Below, one piece after another: positions 6,432-15,179 of a stretch of DNA of 20,722 nt (positions are counted from its first letter, which is position 1; the number at the start of each line of letters is the position of its first letter). Source of the stretch: a candidate division WOR-3 bacterium (GTDB taxonomy: Bacteria > Hydrothermota > Tepidihabitantia > Tepidihabitantales > DTDR01); NCBI GenBank assembly GCA_039801885.1, contig JBDRVN010000031.1, positions 1 through 20,722 of the forward strand, read 5' to 3'. Position numbers and translations under genes: made by a program. The notes under the pieces are model-generated. The model saw only the letters and a program-made list of their open reading frames with translations, was not told the origin of the DNA and did no database searches.

Positions 6432-8862
6432 TAATTTTTTTTGCCCCTTTGGAAATCTTATCTTTGAGGAAATAAATTCCCTTAGGGATTTTACTTAAAT
6501 TTTCAAATTTTAATAGATTTCCATTTTTATCATAAATCTCAGCAAAAGCGAAATAATTTTTAATAATTTCTATATCTTTCTTTTTTAAGAAGATCGTACG
6601 TTTTTTAAAAATGTTTTCATTAATATTTGTTTGATGAGAGGTTAATTTGAAATAAACATCCCAACTTCTTAAATTTCTATTGTCTATCCAAGCGTAAGCT
6701 ACATAATTAGAATTTGCTGCACAACTTTGCCAAGCCCATTGATGAACATAAGGATAAGGGTCAGAATGGATACAGTAATTCCCACCAATCTTTCGACCGC
6801 TAATATGAAACTTTTGTGCCATTACATTTAAATTCCCTTCTTCTCGGAAATCAGTAAAAGTGATATATAAAGTAGTGTCACCGTCATAACTCCAAATGGG
6901 AAACCAATGTTCACAGATAATATTATCGTCGTTGATTTTAAATTCTTGACCAATTATTCCATTTTCATTACACCGACAGCCGTAAATTTCCCAGGCACCT
7001 CCCCGTATATCCATCCAAGAAATCCATACCACATTATTTTTGTCTTTTATAATAAAAGGTCCAGAAACATTGGGATGATGAGTAATTCTGATTGGTGGTG
7101 TTAATGGTTGATAAAGGGAATCAAACTTTCTTAAGTAAATATATTCGTCATCCCAACAAACCCAAAAACTTTTATCATTGTTTAAGTAAGGAAAAGGACG
7201 ATAACCTCTTTCACTAACCCGAAAGTTTCTGCCAATTGGTTCACCATTTTTTCTATAAAGTTGACAATAAGGAATAACTTCATTAAGGGGGCTCCAAGTA
7301 ATAATGAAATCACCGGAATCGTTTATTGAAACAAAAGAAGGTGGCCAAGGTCCGGAAAAGGAATTTTCACTTACTCTAATATTTAAACCAACCCGCTCTC
7401 TATTCTCATCAAAGATTTGATAATAAACATTATAATTTCCTTCCCGATTATCGTTCCAAACAACTGCTGTTCTACCTTTTTTGTTAACCGCCAAAAAAGG
7501 AAAGGTATTATCATTTCCTTTTCCCTCATCATTTACTCGGAAATTATTGCCAATTTTGTTTCCTAAATTATCAAAATATTGTCCATAAATATCCGTATCC
7601 CAAAAACCATTACGCTTATCAACCCAAACGACCAAGGAAATTCCTCTTTCATCAATTCCGACGCACATAAAATCTTGAATAGAGGAGGCAAAATCGTCGT
7701 TAACCTTAAAATCTCTTCTTAGCGGATGGAAGGCATAAATATCAGGATTATTCTCTCGGGAATCTTCCCAAACTGCTAAATAGATCATTTCATTTACCAA
7801 AGCCACTTTGGGAGTTATTTGACCAGTTGAAAGGTTAGAGATAGGAAAATTGTTGCCGATTTTATTACCTAAGGAATCGATAAATTGACCATAAATCTTA
7901 CAACCTTCACGGGTATCACACCAAACAACGATTGTTTTTCTTCGATCAGGTAAAGTAGCAATTGCTGGTTGTCTATCCCAATTTATTGGAAAGGTATCGT
8001 TAATAAGAATTGGTGAAGTCAGAGGTTGACCAGTAGAGTCAAAAAGAATAAGATAAATATTTCGGTAAGCACCGGTTTCTTCTTCACCACCAACAAAGAA
8101 GTTGCCCTTTTTATCCATTGCGCAAAAAGAATTTTTGGCAGAAAAAGGGAAAATAGGAAAACTGTTTCCTAAAGGTGTGCCGGTTTTAGAAAACCTTCTT
8201 CCATAAAGATAACAATTATTCCCAATCTTTTGCGTCCAAGTAACAAGAAAACCTTCCTTATAAGCGGTGATTGCTGGTTGAGATTGTTCATCACCGCTTA
8301 TTTCACTTATCCGAAAATTTGTTGAAATAAAATTAAAATAGGCATCTAAAATCTGACCATAAATTGTTCGTAATCCTTCTCGCCAATCTTCCCAAACGAA
8401 GAGATAATAATTTTGTGCGATTGCTACTTTTGGAAAATCTTGATTTAAATTTAGCCGGTCATCATTTAAAATAATCATTGGAGAAACAGGTTCTAAATTT
8501 AAATTAAAAAACTGACAATAGATATCTAAATCTCCTCTTCTTCTGTCAGAATAGACAATAACAATTTTATCTCGAGTAATAGCTATATCAGGTGCACCAT
8601 TACTATAATTCCAAATATTTCTTGATGGCTGGTCTTCAATAAGATTGATATTTCTACCAATTTTATTTCCGAAGATATCTAATTTTTGTAAGTAGATATC
8701 ACTATCATAATCATTTGTCCGATAATCCAACCAAACGACATAAAAATTGGAAAAACTATCAATAGCAACTGCTGGATAATATTGGAGAGTGCCGCCAATT
8801 GTGTCATCATTTACTAAGATTTCTTTATCAATTTGGAAGAAAAGAAGGAAGAGAAAAATCAT
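6421..8862 (-). CDS. Secreted repeat protein (probable tandem beta-propellers) with T9SS type-A-like C-terminal domain
   Basis: Short hydrophobic N-terminus. About 14 repeats of P.(V/I)A...VVW.D.R....DIY.Q..D..G..IG.NF. Tail reads EIYDKNGNLL...IPKGIYFLK...KKIIIF. Confidence 0.75.
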   Translation of the reverse strand: MIFLFLLFFQIDKEILVNDDTIGGTLQYYPAVAIDSFSNFYVVWLDYRTNDYDSDIYLQKLDIFGNKIGRNINLIEDQPSRNIWNYSNGAPDIAITRDKIVIVYSDRRRGDLDIYCQFFNLNLEPVSPMIILNDDRLNLNQDFPKVAIAQNYYLFVWEDWREGLRTIYGQILDAYFNFISTNFRISEISGDEQSQPAITAYKEGFLVTWTQKIGNNCYLYGRRFSKTGTPLGNSFPIFPFSAKNSFCAMDKKGNFFVGGEEETGAYRNIYLILFDSTGQPLTSPILINDTFPINWDRQPAIATLPDRRKTIVVWCDTREGCKIYGQFIDSLGNKIGNNFPISNLSTGQITPKVALVNEMIYLAVWEDSRENNPDIYAFHPLRRDFKVNDDFASSIQDFMCVGIDERGISLVVWVDKRNGFWDTDIYGQYFDNLGNKIGNNFRVNDEGKGNDNTFPFLAVNKKGRTAVVWNDNREGNYNVYYQIFDENRERVGLNIRVSENSFSGPWPPSFVSINDSGDFIITWSPLNEVIPYCQLYRKNGEPIGRNFRVSERGYRPFPYLNNDKSFWVCWDDEYIYLRKFDSLYQPLTPPIRITHHPNVSGPFIIKDKNNVVWISWMDIRGGAWEIYGCRCNENGIIGQEFKINDDNIICEHWFPIWSYDGDTTLYITFTDFREEGNLNVMAQKFHISGRKIGGNYCIHSDPYPYVHQWAWQSCAANSNYVAYAWIDNRNLRSWDVYFKLTSHQTNINENIFKKRTIFLKKKDIEIIKNYFAFAEIYDKNGNLLKFENLSKIPKGIYFLKDKISKGAKKIIIF

Positions 8863-8868
8863 TAATTA

Positions 8869-8896
8869 AATATATTTTAAAAAAATTTTTAGTCAA
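8869..8896 (-). promoter_or_regulatory. Sigma70 promoter of the 813-aa gene (leaderless)
   Basis: TTGACT (8896-8891), 16 bp, TATATT (8874-8869), then 6 nt to ATG 8862. Confidence 0.6.
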
Positions 8897-8938
8897 ATAA
8901 AAAACTGGCTTCCAACCCCACCCTTGTTGGAAGCCAGT
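8897..8938 (-). terminator. Intrinsic terminator
   Basis: Perfect 13-bp stem ACTGGCTTCCAAC (8904-8916) / GTTGGAAGCCAGT (8926-8938), 9-nt loop, followed on the minus strand by a T-run. Confidence 0.8.
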
Positions 8939-8972
8939 AAACGAATCATTTAGACAATTAACTTCTCAGATT
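8897..8972 (-). ncRNA. Candidate ~75-nt small RNA or attenuated leader
   Basis: Bounded upstream by an extended -10 promoter (8978-9006) and downstream by the terminator. No known RNA family recognised. Confidence 0.45.
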
Positions 8973-8977
8973 GATTA

Positions 8978-9006
8978 ATTATAACATAATTTAGAAAAAA
9001 AATCAA
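8978..9006 (-). promoter_or_regulatory. Sigma70 promoter with extended -10
   Basis: TTGATT (9006-9001), 17 bp, TG-n-TATAAT (-10 at 8983-8978). Confidence 0.65.
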
Positions 9007-9018
9007 GATATCTTTCTT

Positions 9019-9047
9019 TTGACTTTAATCTTTTTTAGGTTTATAAT
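9019..9047 (+). promoter_or_regulatory. Sigma70 promoter of the B12-radical SAM gene (near-leaderless)
   Basis: TTGACT (9019-9024), 17 bp, TATAAT (9042-9047), then 8 nt to ATG 9056. Confidence 0.75.
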
Positions 9048-9055
9048 TGAGTGTT

Positions 9056-10396
9056 ATGAAATTATTATTAGTAGTGCCAGCGATGGAAGATGAGAAAGAG
9101 CGAAGGTTAAAAGGAAAAGCCTTTCGGATGCCCCAAATCTCTTTAGGAATTCTTGCCTCTTTGACACCAGAAGATGTTGAGGTTTCTTATGTTGATGAAA
9201 ATTTAGAAGATATCAACTATGAATGTGGTGCCGATTTAGTTGGAATTACTGTGATGACCGCCACTGCTCCGCGGGCTTATAAGATTGCTCAGAATTTTAA
9301 AAAAATTGGTGCCAAGGTTATCTTTGGTGGTATTCATCCTTCAATATTGCCGCAAGAGGCATTAAGATATGGTGATTGTGTGGTAGTTGGTGAGGCAGAA
9401 TATGTCTGGCGAGAAGTAATCGAAGATTTCAAAAGAAACGAATTAAAACCAATCTATTACGGAAAAAGAGTAGATAGCAGAGATATTATCTCTCCGAAAA
9501 GGGAGGTTTTTAAAAATAAAGGTTATTATTTCACTTCTATCTTGCAGGCAACGCGTGGCTGTCCTTATGATTGTGATTTCTGTTCGGTTTCTCTTTTCTT
9601 TGGTCGTTCCTTTCGTAATCGCGAGATAAAAGATATTATTAAGGAGATCGAAGAGATAAAACATCCCTTAATTGGTTTTTTAGATGATAATCTTATGGGT
9701 AATAAAAAATTTGCTAAGAAATTGTTTTATGAACTTATCCCTTTAAAAATTAGGTGGCTTGGCCAGGCATCGTTAACAATTGCTGATGATTTGGAATTAT
9801 TGAGATTAGCAAAAAAAAGTGGTTGTTCCGGACTTTTTATTGGTATTGAAAGTATTAGTGAGAGCGGTTTAAAAGAGGTGAATAAAAGATACCAAAAGGC
9901 AAAAGATCTTTTAGAGAAGATAAAAAGAATTCAAGAAGAAGGGATTTTGATTGAAGGAAGTTTTATCTTTGGTTTGGATAGCGATACACCAGATGTTTTT
10001 GATGAAACATTAGATTTTGTTTTTAAGTCTAAGATGGCATTAGCCAGTTTTGGAATATTAACACCCTATCCGGGAACAAAATTACAGAAAAGATTAATGG
10101 AAGAAAATCGGATTATTACTTATGATTGGCGACTTTATGATTGTGGCCACGCGGTATTTAAACCGAAGAATATGACGATTGAAAGATTACAAGAAGGTCT
10201 TGACTATTGCTGGTATAAATTTTATTCTTATAAAAATATCTTTAAAAGGGTATTTTCTTTGGGTTATCGTTTCCCTTTATTAGGACTGCCGGTATTAATC
10301 TTAAATCTTTCTTATAAGAGAATGCTTTTTAAGACTACCGATATTTCTTCTTGGTTTTCTTCTAAAAATTACGGGTTTTTGCCAGAAACTGCCTAA
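9056..10396 (+). CDS. B12-binding domain radical SAM protein
   Basis: N-terminal cobalamin-binding motifs (DLVGIT, GGIHPS, VVGEAE), TRGCPYDCDFC, FLDDN, GIES, TPYPGT. Start placed at ATG 9056 because the track's TTG 9047 overlaps the -10 box. Confidence 0.9.
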   Translation: MKLLLVVPAMEDEKERRLKGKAFRMPQISLGILASLTPEDVEVSYVDENLEDINYECGADLVGITVMTATAPRAYKIAQNFKKIGAKVIFGGIHPSILPQEALRYGDCVVVGEAEYVWREVIEDFKRNELKPIYYGKRVDSRDIISPKREVFKNKGYYFTSILQATRGCPYDCDFCSVSLFFGRSFRNREIKDIIKEIEEIKHPLIGFLDDNLMGNKKFAKKLFYELIPLKIRWLGQASLTIADDLELLRLAKKSGCSGLFIGIESISESGLKEVNKRYQKAKDLLEKIKRIQEEGILIEGSFIFGLDSDTPDVFDETLDFVFKSKMALASFGILTPYPGTKLQKRLMEENRIITYDWRLYDCGHAVFKPKNMTIERLQEGLDYCWYKFYSYKNIFKRVFSLGYRFPLLGLPVLILNLSYKRMLFKTTDISSWFSSKNYGFLPETA

Positions 10397-11124
10397 TCTC
10401 TTTTAACAAAGATAGTAATTCTATCATCCGTTTGGGAAGAGAAATGGCCGTAACCATGATATAAGGTATCAAGTTCGCTTCTCTTTATTGCCCATTGATA
10501 ACGGTTATAATCCCAAGCATAAACTTTTAACTCATAAAAACCAGTCGTATCAAATAGCCCTTCTTTAATTTCTCTTATTTCTAAAAAGGTATCTTGTGTA
10601 AATAAGGGAAAATAATCGGTTAGAGTATCTTTTGGTAATTTAAAGACAAAAAGAACATAGGCATAGGCACTTTTACTTTTATGCCAATAAATATAATTAA
10701 AGGTATCATAAAAAAGAGTATCTTTATCTTTCGGAAAGATAAAAGAGAAGGTATCAGGGATTTTTGTTGTCTTTGTTAAGGTATCCTTTTGGAAGATTAC
10801 CCAAAGGGAATAAGTGTTTAAAGGCTTGACAAAATTATTATTTTTGCCATAATAATAACCTTCTTTATCATTATTATAAGTAAGATAGATGAACTTTAAG
10901 GTTTCTTTCTCATCTTCGTTAATAAGAAATACCGAGGCATCGGCAATTCCTTTCTTTTCTATCTTTCTCTCAATAGAATAATTGCTATCAACAAAACATT
11001 TGATATGAATATCTTTTGGATTGAGAATAGAAAAAGCATAAATTTTTCTCTGCCATTTTTCTATTTCTATTTTTTTACAGAATAATAATAATAAAACAAA
11101 GATATAAAATTTTCTAAAAGGCAT
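10393..11124 (-). CDS. Putative lipoprotein partner of the TonB-dependent receptor (DUF4249-like)
   Basis: MPFRKFYIFVLLLLFC signal peptide ending in Cys; C-terminal GYGHFSS; overlaps the receptor stop codon. Confidence 0.6.
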   Translation of the reverse strand: MPFRKFYIFVLLLLFCKKIEIEKWQRKIYAFSILNPKDIHIKCFVDSNYSIERKIEKKGIADASVFLINEDEKETLKFIYLTYNNDKEGYYYGKNNNFVKPLNTYSLWVIFQKDTLTKTTKIPDTFSFIFPKDKDTLFYDTFNYIYWHKSKSAYAYVLFVFKLPKDTLTDYFPLFTQDTFLEIREIKEGLFDTTGFYELKVYAWDYNRYQWAIKRSELDTLYHGYGHFSSQTDDRITIFVKRD

Positions 11125-13300
11125 ATTCAATTGATAATGATGGAATTATTGGTAGTTGATAAAACACTTTTCTTACCGGTGGCTCATATTTGTAATCATA
11201 ATAGTAAAATAAGAAGTTCTTTTGGTTATATAAGTTAAAGATATCAATTCTTATTTTAAATCTTTTTAATTCTTTTTGCCAAGTTAAATCTAAACGATGA
11301 TAATTGGGATAGCGAGCTGCATTCTTTTTTCCATATTCTTCAAACCAGAAATAGCGCCAATCTTCAATTAAGTAGCGATAAAAATAATAGCGATAGCGGG
11401 AAAGAACTTCGGTATAAGGTGTGCCCGTATAAAAGGCAAAACGGAAAGAGAGATTACTATTAAGAAAGAAAGGTAAAATAATTATTAAGTTTAAATTATG
11501 ACGGCGGTCATAAAAAGGATGATAAGATAAGTTGTTGAAATAGTTTTTTACCCAACAATAAGAATAGGTAAGATAGGCTAAGAAGTTACCGGCTTCTCTT
11601 TTGATTGAGATATCAAGACCATAGGTTTTTGTTTTACCTTTTTTAAATAAAGTTGGTTCAATATTAAAGGGGTCAGAATTTTCGTTATATTCATAAATTA
11701 AGGGATAATATTTATAATAGGGTTCTATACTAAAATAGATATTTTCTAACAGATAGGTTTCAAAACCAAGAATATAGTGATATGCCTTTTGGGGTGAATA
11801 TGGTCCAAAGGTTGGTATCCAGATATATAAAAAGGGAATTGGTTGAAATTCGGGTAATAAAGCGGTAATCAATTGGGAATAAGAACCAAAAGATAATTTT
11901 AATGATGTCAATTCCAAAAGAAAATATTTTAAGGATACACGAAAATCAATCGGCTTATACCATCGGTTACCATAATAACTGGTAAATTGATTATCTTGTC
12001 TTAAACCAGTTTCTAAAATCAGTTTATTATTATATAACCCACTCCGCTCACTAAGATAAAAAGATAAAATTCTTGGTTTCCCTAATATATCATATCTTAT
12101 GCCACCCATCATCTTAGTGTCATAATAGAAATCGCTTATCTTTCCTTCTGTGCCAAATTTTAATGTGTGATTATGGGCAAGATAATAATTGAAATCACTT
12201 TTTAATGAAAACTCTCTTACCCAGTTATTAACATAGACAAAGTTATTATAAAAATTGATGTAATAATTATAATAAGAAAAAGTTAAAAAAGACTTCACAA
12301 AAAGTTTTGGTGAGAAACTATAAAGATAAGAGAGCGAAGATAGATAATTACCCCATTTAAAATATAATGATAAATCAGAGTAGTTAAAATTGTCATAGGT
12401 TAAGAAGTTAGTAAAAAATAATTTTCCCTTTTGGCTTATTTCATAGTTGGTCTTCAAAAATCCTTCTAAAAAATAATAAGGAAAATTGATTTTAAGTAAT
12501 TTTAGAAATTGGTCAAAATAGGTTCTTCTAAAGGCAAAGATATAGCTACTCTTCTCTTTGATAATTGGTCCTTCAAAAATTATTTTTGTTAAAAGGTTAT
12601 TTATTTCTAAGTTTAGATTTCTTTTATATTTATTACCTTCTTTTAAGGCGATATCTAATACTGAAGAAAGTCTTTGACTATATTCAGTTGAAAAGCCGCC
12701 AGTATAAAAATCGGCTTGTTTGATAATCTCATTAGGCATAGTTCCTAAAAAGCCACCAAGATGATAGGGATTATAGAAATTTATCCCATCAACCAAGATT
12801 AGATTTTGGTCAGCACCACCACCCCGAACATATAATGCCGAAGAGAAATCGGTTGCCATCAAGACACCAGGAAAAACCTGTAAAGAGCGAAAGAAATCAG
12901 AAGAGAAAAGTCGGGGAAAGAATTTTATATCTTTATCCGAAATTTCAACCTTGCTAATCCCGACCTCTTGTTTTATCCTTGCTTTTCTACTTTCAACAAC
13001 AACTTCTTTTATTGTTAAGGGACTTCTTTTTAAATAGATATTCAACTTCAAAACTTCTTGTTTATTTATCTCAACCTCCTTTTTCTCTTCCAGATAGCCA
13101 ACATAAGAAAAAGTAATTTTATACTTTCCTTCAGGAATTTGTAAGATATAATAACCTTCTTTATTAGTGGTTGTGCCATAAATTGTATTTTCCAGATAGA
13201 TATTGGCACCAATTAAAGGTTCTTTTGTCTCATAATCATAGACATAACCCGAGATTATTCCATTAGAAAAAAAGAGAGAGAACAAAAAGATTCCTACCAT
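11114..13300 (-). CDS. TonB-dependent receptor with N-terminal carboxypeptidase-regulatory-like domain
   Basis: ISGYVYD..T.EPLIGANI..GTTTN.EGYY, plug motif LYVRGGGADQNLILVDG, YHRLDL, IFNLYN, terminal Phe. Confidence 0.9.
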   Translation of the reverse strand: MVGIFLFSLFFSNGIISGYVYDYETKEPLIGANIYLENTIYGTTTNKEGYYILQIPEGKYKITFSYVGYLEEKKEVEINKQEVLKLNIYLKRSPLTIKEVVVESRKARIKQEVGISKVEISDKDIKFFPRLFSSDFFRSLQVFPGVLMATDFSSALYVRGGGADQNLILVDGINFYNPYHLGGFLGTMPNEIIKQADFYTGGFSTEYSQRLSSVLDIALKEGNKYKRNLNLEINNLLTKIIFEGPIIKEKSSYIFAFRRTYFDQFLKLLKINFPYYFLEGFLKTNYEISQKGKLFFTNFLTYDNFNYSDLSLYFKWGNYLSSLSYLYSFSPKLFVKSFLTFSYYNYYINFYNNFVYVNNWVREFSLKSDFNYYLAHNHTLKFGTEGKISDFYYDTKMMGGIRYDILGKPRILSFYLSERSGLYNNKLILETGLRQDNQFTSYYGNRWYKPIDFRVSLKYFLLELTSLKLSFGSYSQLITALLPEFQPIPFLYIWIPTFGPYSPQKAYHYILGFETYLLENIYFSIEPYYKYYPLIYEYNENSDPFNIEPTLFKKGKTKTYGLDISIKREAGNFLAYLTYSYCWVKNYFNNLSYHPFYDRRHNLNLIIILPFFLNSNLSFRFAFYTGTPYTEVLSRYRYYFYRYLIEDWRYFWFEEYGKKNAARYPNYHRLDLTWQKELKRFKIRIDIFNLYNQKNFLFYYYDYKYEPPVRKVFYQLPIIPSLSIEYAF

Positions 13301-13395
13301 TTTAAATTATTTATTTTTCGCTTAACAATCTTTCCCTTCTCATTTTCATAACCATATTTGCTATTTTTACCCTTCTTATAAATTCACCGTCTTTA

Positions 13396-13423
13396 ATTTT
13401 AATTAGTTTATAAATTATGTCAA
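13396..13423 (-). promoter_or_regulatory. Sigma70 promoter of the receptor operon
   Basis: TTGACA (13423-13418), 16 bp, TAAAAT (13401-13396), giving a ~90-nt leader. Confidence 0.55.
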
Positions 13424-13554
13424 TTATTTTACAAATTTCCATAGATTATAATCTCTTATTATTTATTATATATTGTGGTAATCCTGTTAAAATCCATTTT
13501 TAAATACCTTCCGGTTATCAAATAGGAATTGATAACTTTTAATTATATTAGTTT

Positions 13555-13773
13555 TTAGTTTAATATTCCATTTTGCTCTATCAGGCAAAAGAATAAGCGT
13601 AATTCCTCTATAATGGTTGGAAGTTCCACCCAAATCTTAGATTGAAGTTTATGATAAATCGCTGATAAAAGTTTATTATCAATCATATATTTAGGTTTAT
13701 TTAAAATCATCTGCCATAGTTCTACCCTATAGGACTTACCTCCACCTTCATTTTCCTTATTCTTCTCTTCCAA
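13555..13773 (-). pseudogene. Possible decayed gene fragment of unknown family
   Basis: 72-codon frame downstream of ECF-like promoter B. An upstream AAGGGA-preceded ATG (13828) stops after 11 codons, and an overlapping open frame continues to about 13487. Confidence 0.25.
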
Positions 13774-13850
13774 TTCGTTAAGTAACTGATTATTATTTTG
13801 TGGTGGAATAGAAGGTAACTTTTTTCATAATATCCCTTTTTATTTCTTTC

Positions 13851-13890
13851 TATATATAAGACGAAAAAGTCTCATTTAGATTACCACTTT
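13851..13890 (-). promoter_or_regulatory. Putative ECF-sigma promoter, copy B
   Basis: AAAGTGGTAAT, 16 bp, CGTCTTATATATA; matches 4493-4533. Confidence 0.45.
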
Positions 13891-13973
13891 TATAGTGAAA
13901 AAATAAAGTTAATAAAAGTTGAGAAAACTATAATGCTTCCAATTGATTAAAAGAATTTGAGGAATATTTTTCC

Positions 13974-14001
13974 TTGAATTTATCTTATAAATTAATATAA
14001 T
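13974..14001 (+). promoter_or_regulatory. Sigma70 promoter of the hdr operon (near-leaderless)
   Basis: TTGAAT (13974-13979), 16 bp, TATAAT (13996-14001), then 8 nt to ATG 14010. Confidence 0.65.
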
Positions 14002-14009
14002 TTAAAATT

Positions 14010-14405
14010 ATGGAGATTAATGTTTTGGAGGAGTTTTTTAATATTTGTGATGAACCGATTTTGAAGTGTATTAATTGTGGTGTCTGTAGTGCCAGTTGTC
14101 CGATTAGTAAGTTTATGGAATTAAGTCCCCAGAAGCTTATCTTTTATTTGGTTAATAATAAGAAAGAAGTATTAGAGAAGAATACTATTTGGCTTTGTGC
14201 TTCTTGTCTTAACTGTCAGGCAAGATGCCGGAAAAATATTGACTTTTCAAGGATTGCCGATGCTTTAAGGCATATCTATCTAAGAGAGATGGCAAAGAAG
14301 AAAGAACCGTTAGAATTGGAAATTGATAAGATTAAAATTGAGAAACTTACAAAAAGTCCCCAACAACTATTTATTGCTCTTCAGAGAAAATTTGCTTATT
14401 ATTGA
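14010..14405 (+). CDS. hdrC: Heterodisulfide reductase subunit C-like 2x[4Fe-4S] protein
   Basis: CINCGVCSASCP and IWLCASCLNCQARC; precedes hdrB and hdrA. Confidence 0.88.
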   Translation: MEINVLEEFFNICDEPILKCINCGVCSASCPISKFMELSPQKLIFYLVNNKKEVLEKNTIWLCASCLNCQARCRKNIDFSRIADALRHIYLREMAKKKEPLELEIDKIKIEKLTKSPQQLFIALQRKFAYY

Positions 14406-14407
14406 TT

Positions 14408-15178
14408 ATGAGGTATTTATATTATCCAGGTTGCACCTTAAAAACTACTGGTAAAATTTTTGATGATAGTATTCGAGAGCTCTCTAAGATTTTGGATGTT
14501 GAGTTAGTTGAACTTGCTAATTGGTATTGTTGTCAGGCAATTTATACTTCTTTAAATGATACCCCTTCTTTGATTTTGGGACCAATAAGAAATCTGCTTG
14601 AGACACAAAAGGAAGATAACAAATTGGTTACTGCCTGTGCGGCTTGCTATAATGTGCTTTTAAGGTCGCAGGATAGTTACTTTAAAGATGAAGGATTAAG
14701 AGAAAGGATTGACGCCTATTTAGAAGAGCCGTTAAGAGAAAGAATTAAAATTATCCATTTTTTTGAACTGTTAGAAGAAAAGTTTGATATATTAAATTCT
14801 CTTTTAAAGAAAAGGAATTCTTTTTCTTTGGCTTGTTATTATGGTTGTCTATTAACAAGACCAAAAGGGATTGCCTTATTTTCTGAAGATATTAATCCCC
14901 AAAGGTTGGAAAACCTTTTTAATAAACTTGGTTTTAATATTATTGATTTTGGTTTCAAAACCCGTTGTTGTGGTTCCTATCTTACTTATACGAAAGAAGA
15001 GGCAGTGAAAGATTGTGTGGAAAAGATTGTTTTGTCGATAGAAGAAAGAGCAGGAAATAATAATTGTCAAATTTTAACAACCTGCCCCTTATGTCAATTT
15101 AATTTAGAGAATTACCAAAGTAAGTATCAGGTTTTTTATTTTACCCAATTTTTATTATCTTTAATAAAAGGAGAATAA
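14408..15178 (+). CDS. hdrB: Heterodisulfide reductase subunit B-like protein (two CCG domains)
   Basis: YYPGC..WYCCQ..CAACY and YYGCLL.RP..CCGS..CPLCQFNL. ATG 14408 preferred over TTG 14402. Confidence 0.9.
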   Translation: MRYLYYPGCTLKTTGKIFDDSIRELSKILDVELVELANWYCCQAIYTSLNDTPSLILGPIRNLLETQKEDNKLVTACAACYNVLLRSQDSYFKDEGLRERIDAYLEEPLRERIKIIHFFELLEEKFDILNSLLKKRNSFSLACYYGCLLTRPKGIALFSEDINPQRLENLFNKLGFNIIDFGFKTRCCGSYLTYTKEEAVKDCVEKIVLSIEERAGNNNCQILTTCPLCQFNLENYQSKYQVFYFTQFLLSLIKGE

Positions 15179-15179
15179 G

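Noticed and set aside
8897-8972. TPP riboswitch (CUGAGA motif)
   Set aside because: The remaining conserved TPP elements are missing and the segment is too short.
13309-13395. Short minus-strand ORF or riboswitch in the receptor leader
   Set aside because: Only about 14 codons from the ATG, and no cobalamin-riboswitch motifs or stable structure.
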